The notes under the pieces are model-generated. The model ran no database searches. It saw nothing but the letters and a program-made list of their open reading frames with translations, and had not been told where the DNA came from. A DNA stretch of 64,000 nucleotides from Octopus bimaculoides (lineage: Eukaryota): assembly GCF_001194135.2 (NCBI RefSeq), contig NC_068991.1, positions 54,528,476-54,592,475 on the forward strand, given 5' to 3'. The position numbers and the translations under genes are program-made. Shown here in pieces: positions 63,969 through 64,000 of this stretch (positions are counted from its first letter, which is position 1; every line of letters begins with the position of its first letter).

Positions 63969-64000
<32 letters not shown>

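Overview
This is AT-rich, microsatellite-dense eukaryotic DNA with four N gaps. The SINE and simple-repeat content suggests an Octopus-like cephalopod (inference). No prokaryotic-type features or CRISPR arrays are present. The window is an internal part of a + strand ryanodine receptor (RyR) gene. I assembled 23 consecutive GT-AG exons from 26256 to 54419 (4204 nt, about 1400 codons). Every junction is phase-compatible, and the peptide covers the SPRY3 region, the junctional solenoid and the start of the bridging solenoid. Three of these exons (32623, 35312, 39108) and two more (41109, 47086) are missing from the ORF track. Upstream, in the long intronic region, lie two candidate phase-1/phase-1 cassette exons (108 nt and 57 nt) and a possible 21-nt microexon, all of which would extend the divergent DR2 linker. 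The introns contain tRNA-derived SINEs, LINE fragments (two restriction-like-endonuclease R4/Dong types, one RTE, one CR1/L2), piggyBac-like MITEs, long inverted repeats and Penelope-like relics. The most unusual signal is a set of minimal hammerhead-ribozyme motifs. One is nearly intact, on the RyR sense strand at 10086-10150, directly behind a decayed Penelope GIY-YIG endonuclease. Repeat boundaries are approximate (about +/-20 bp).
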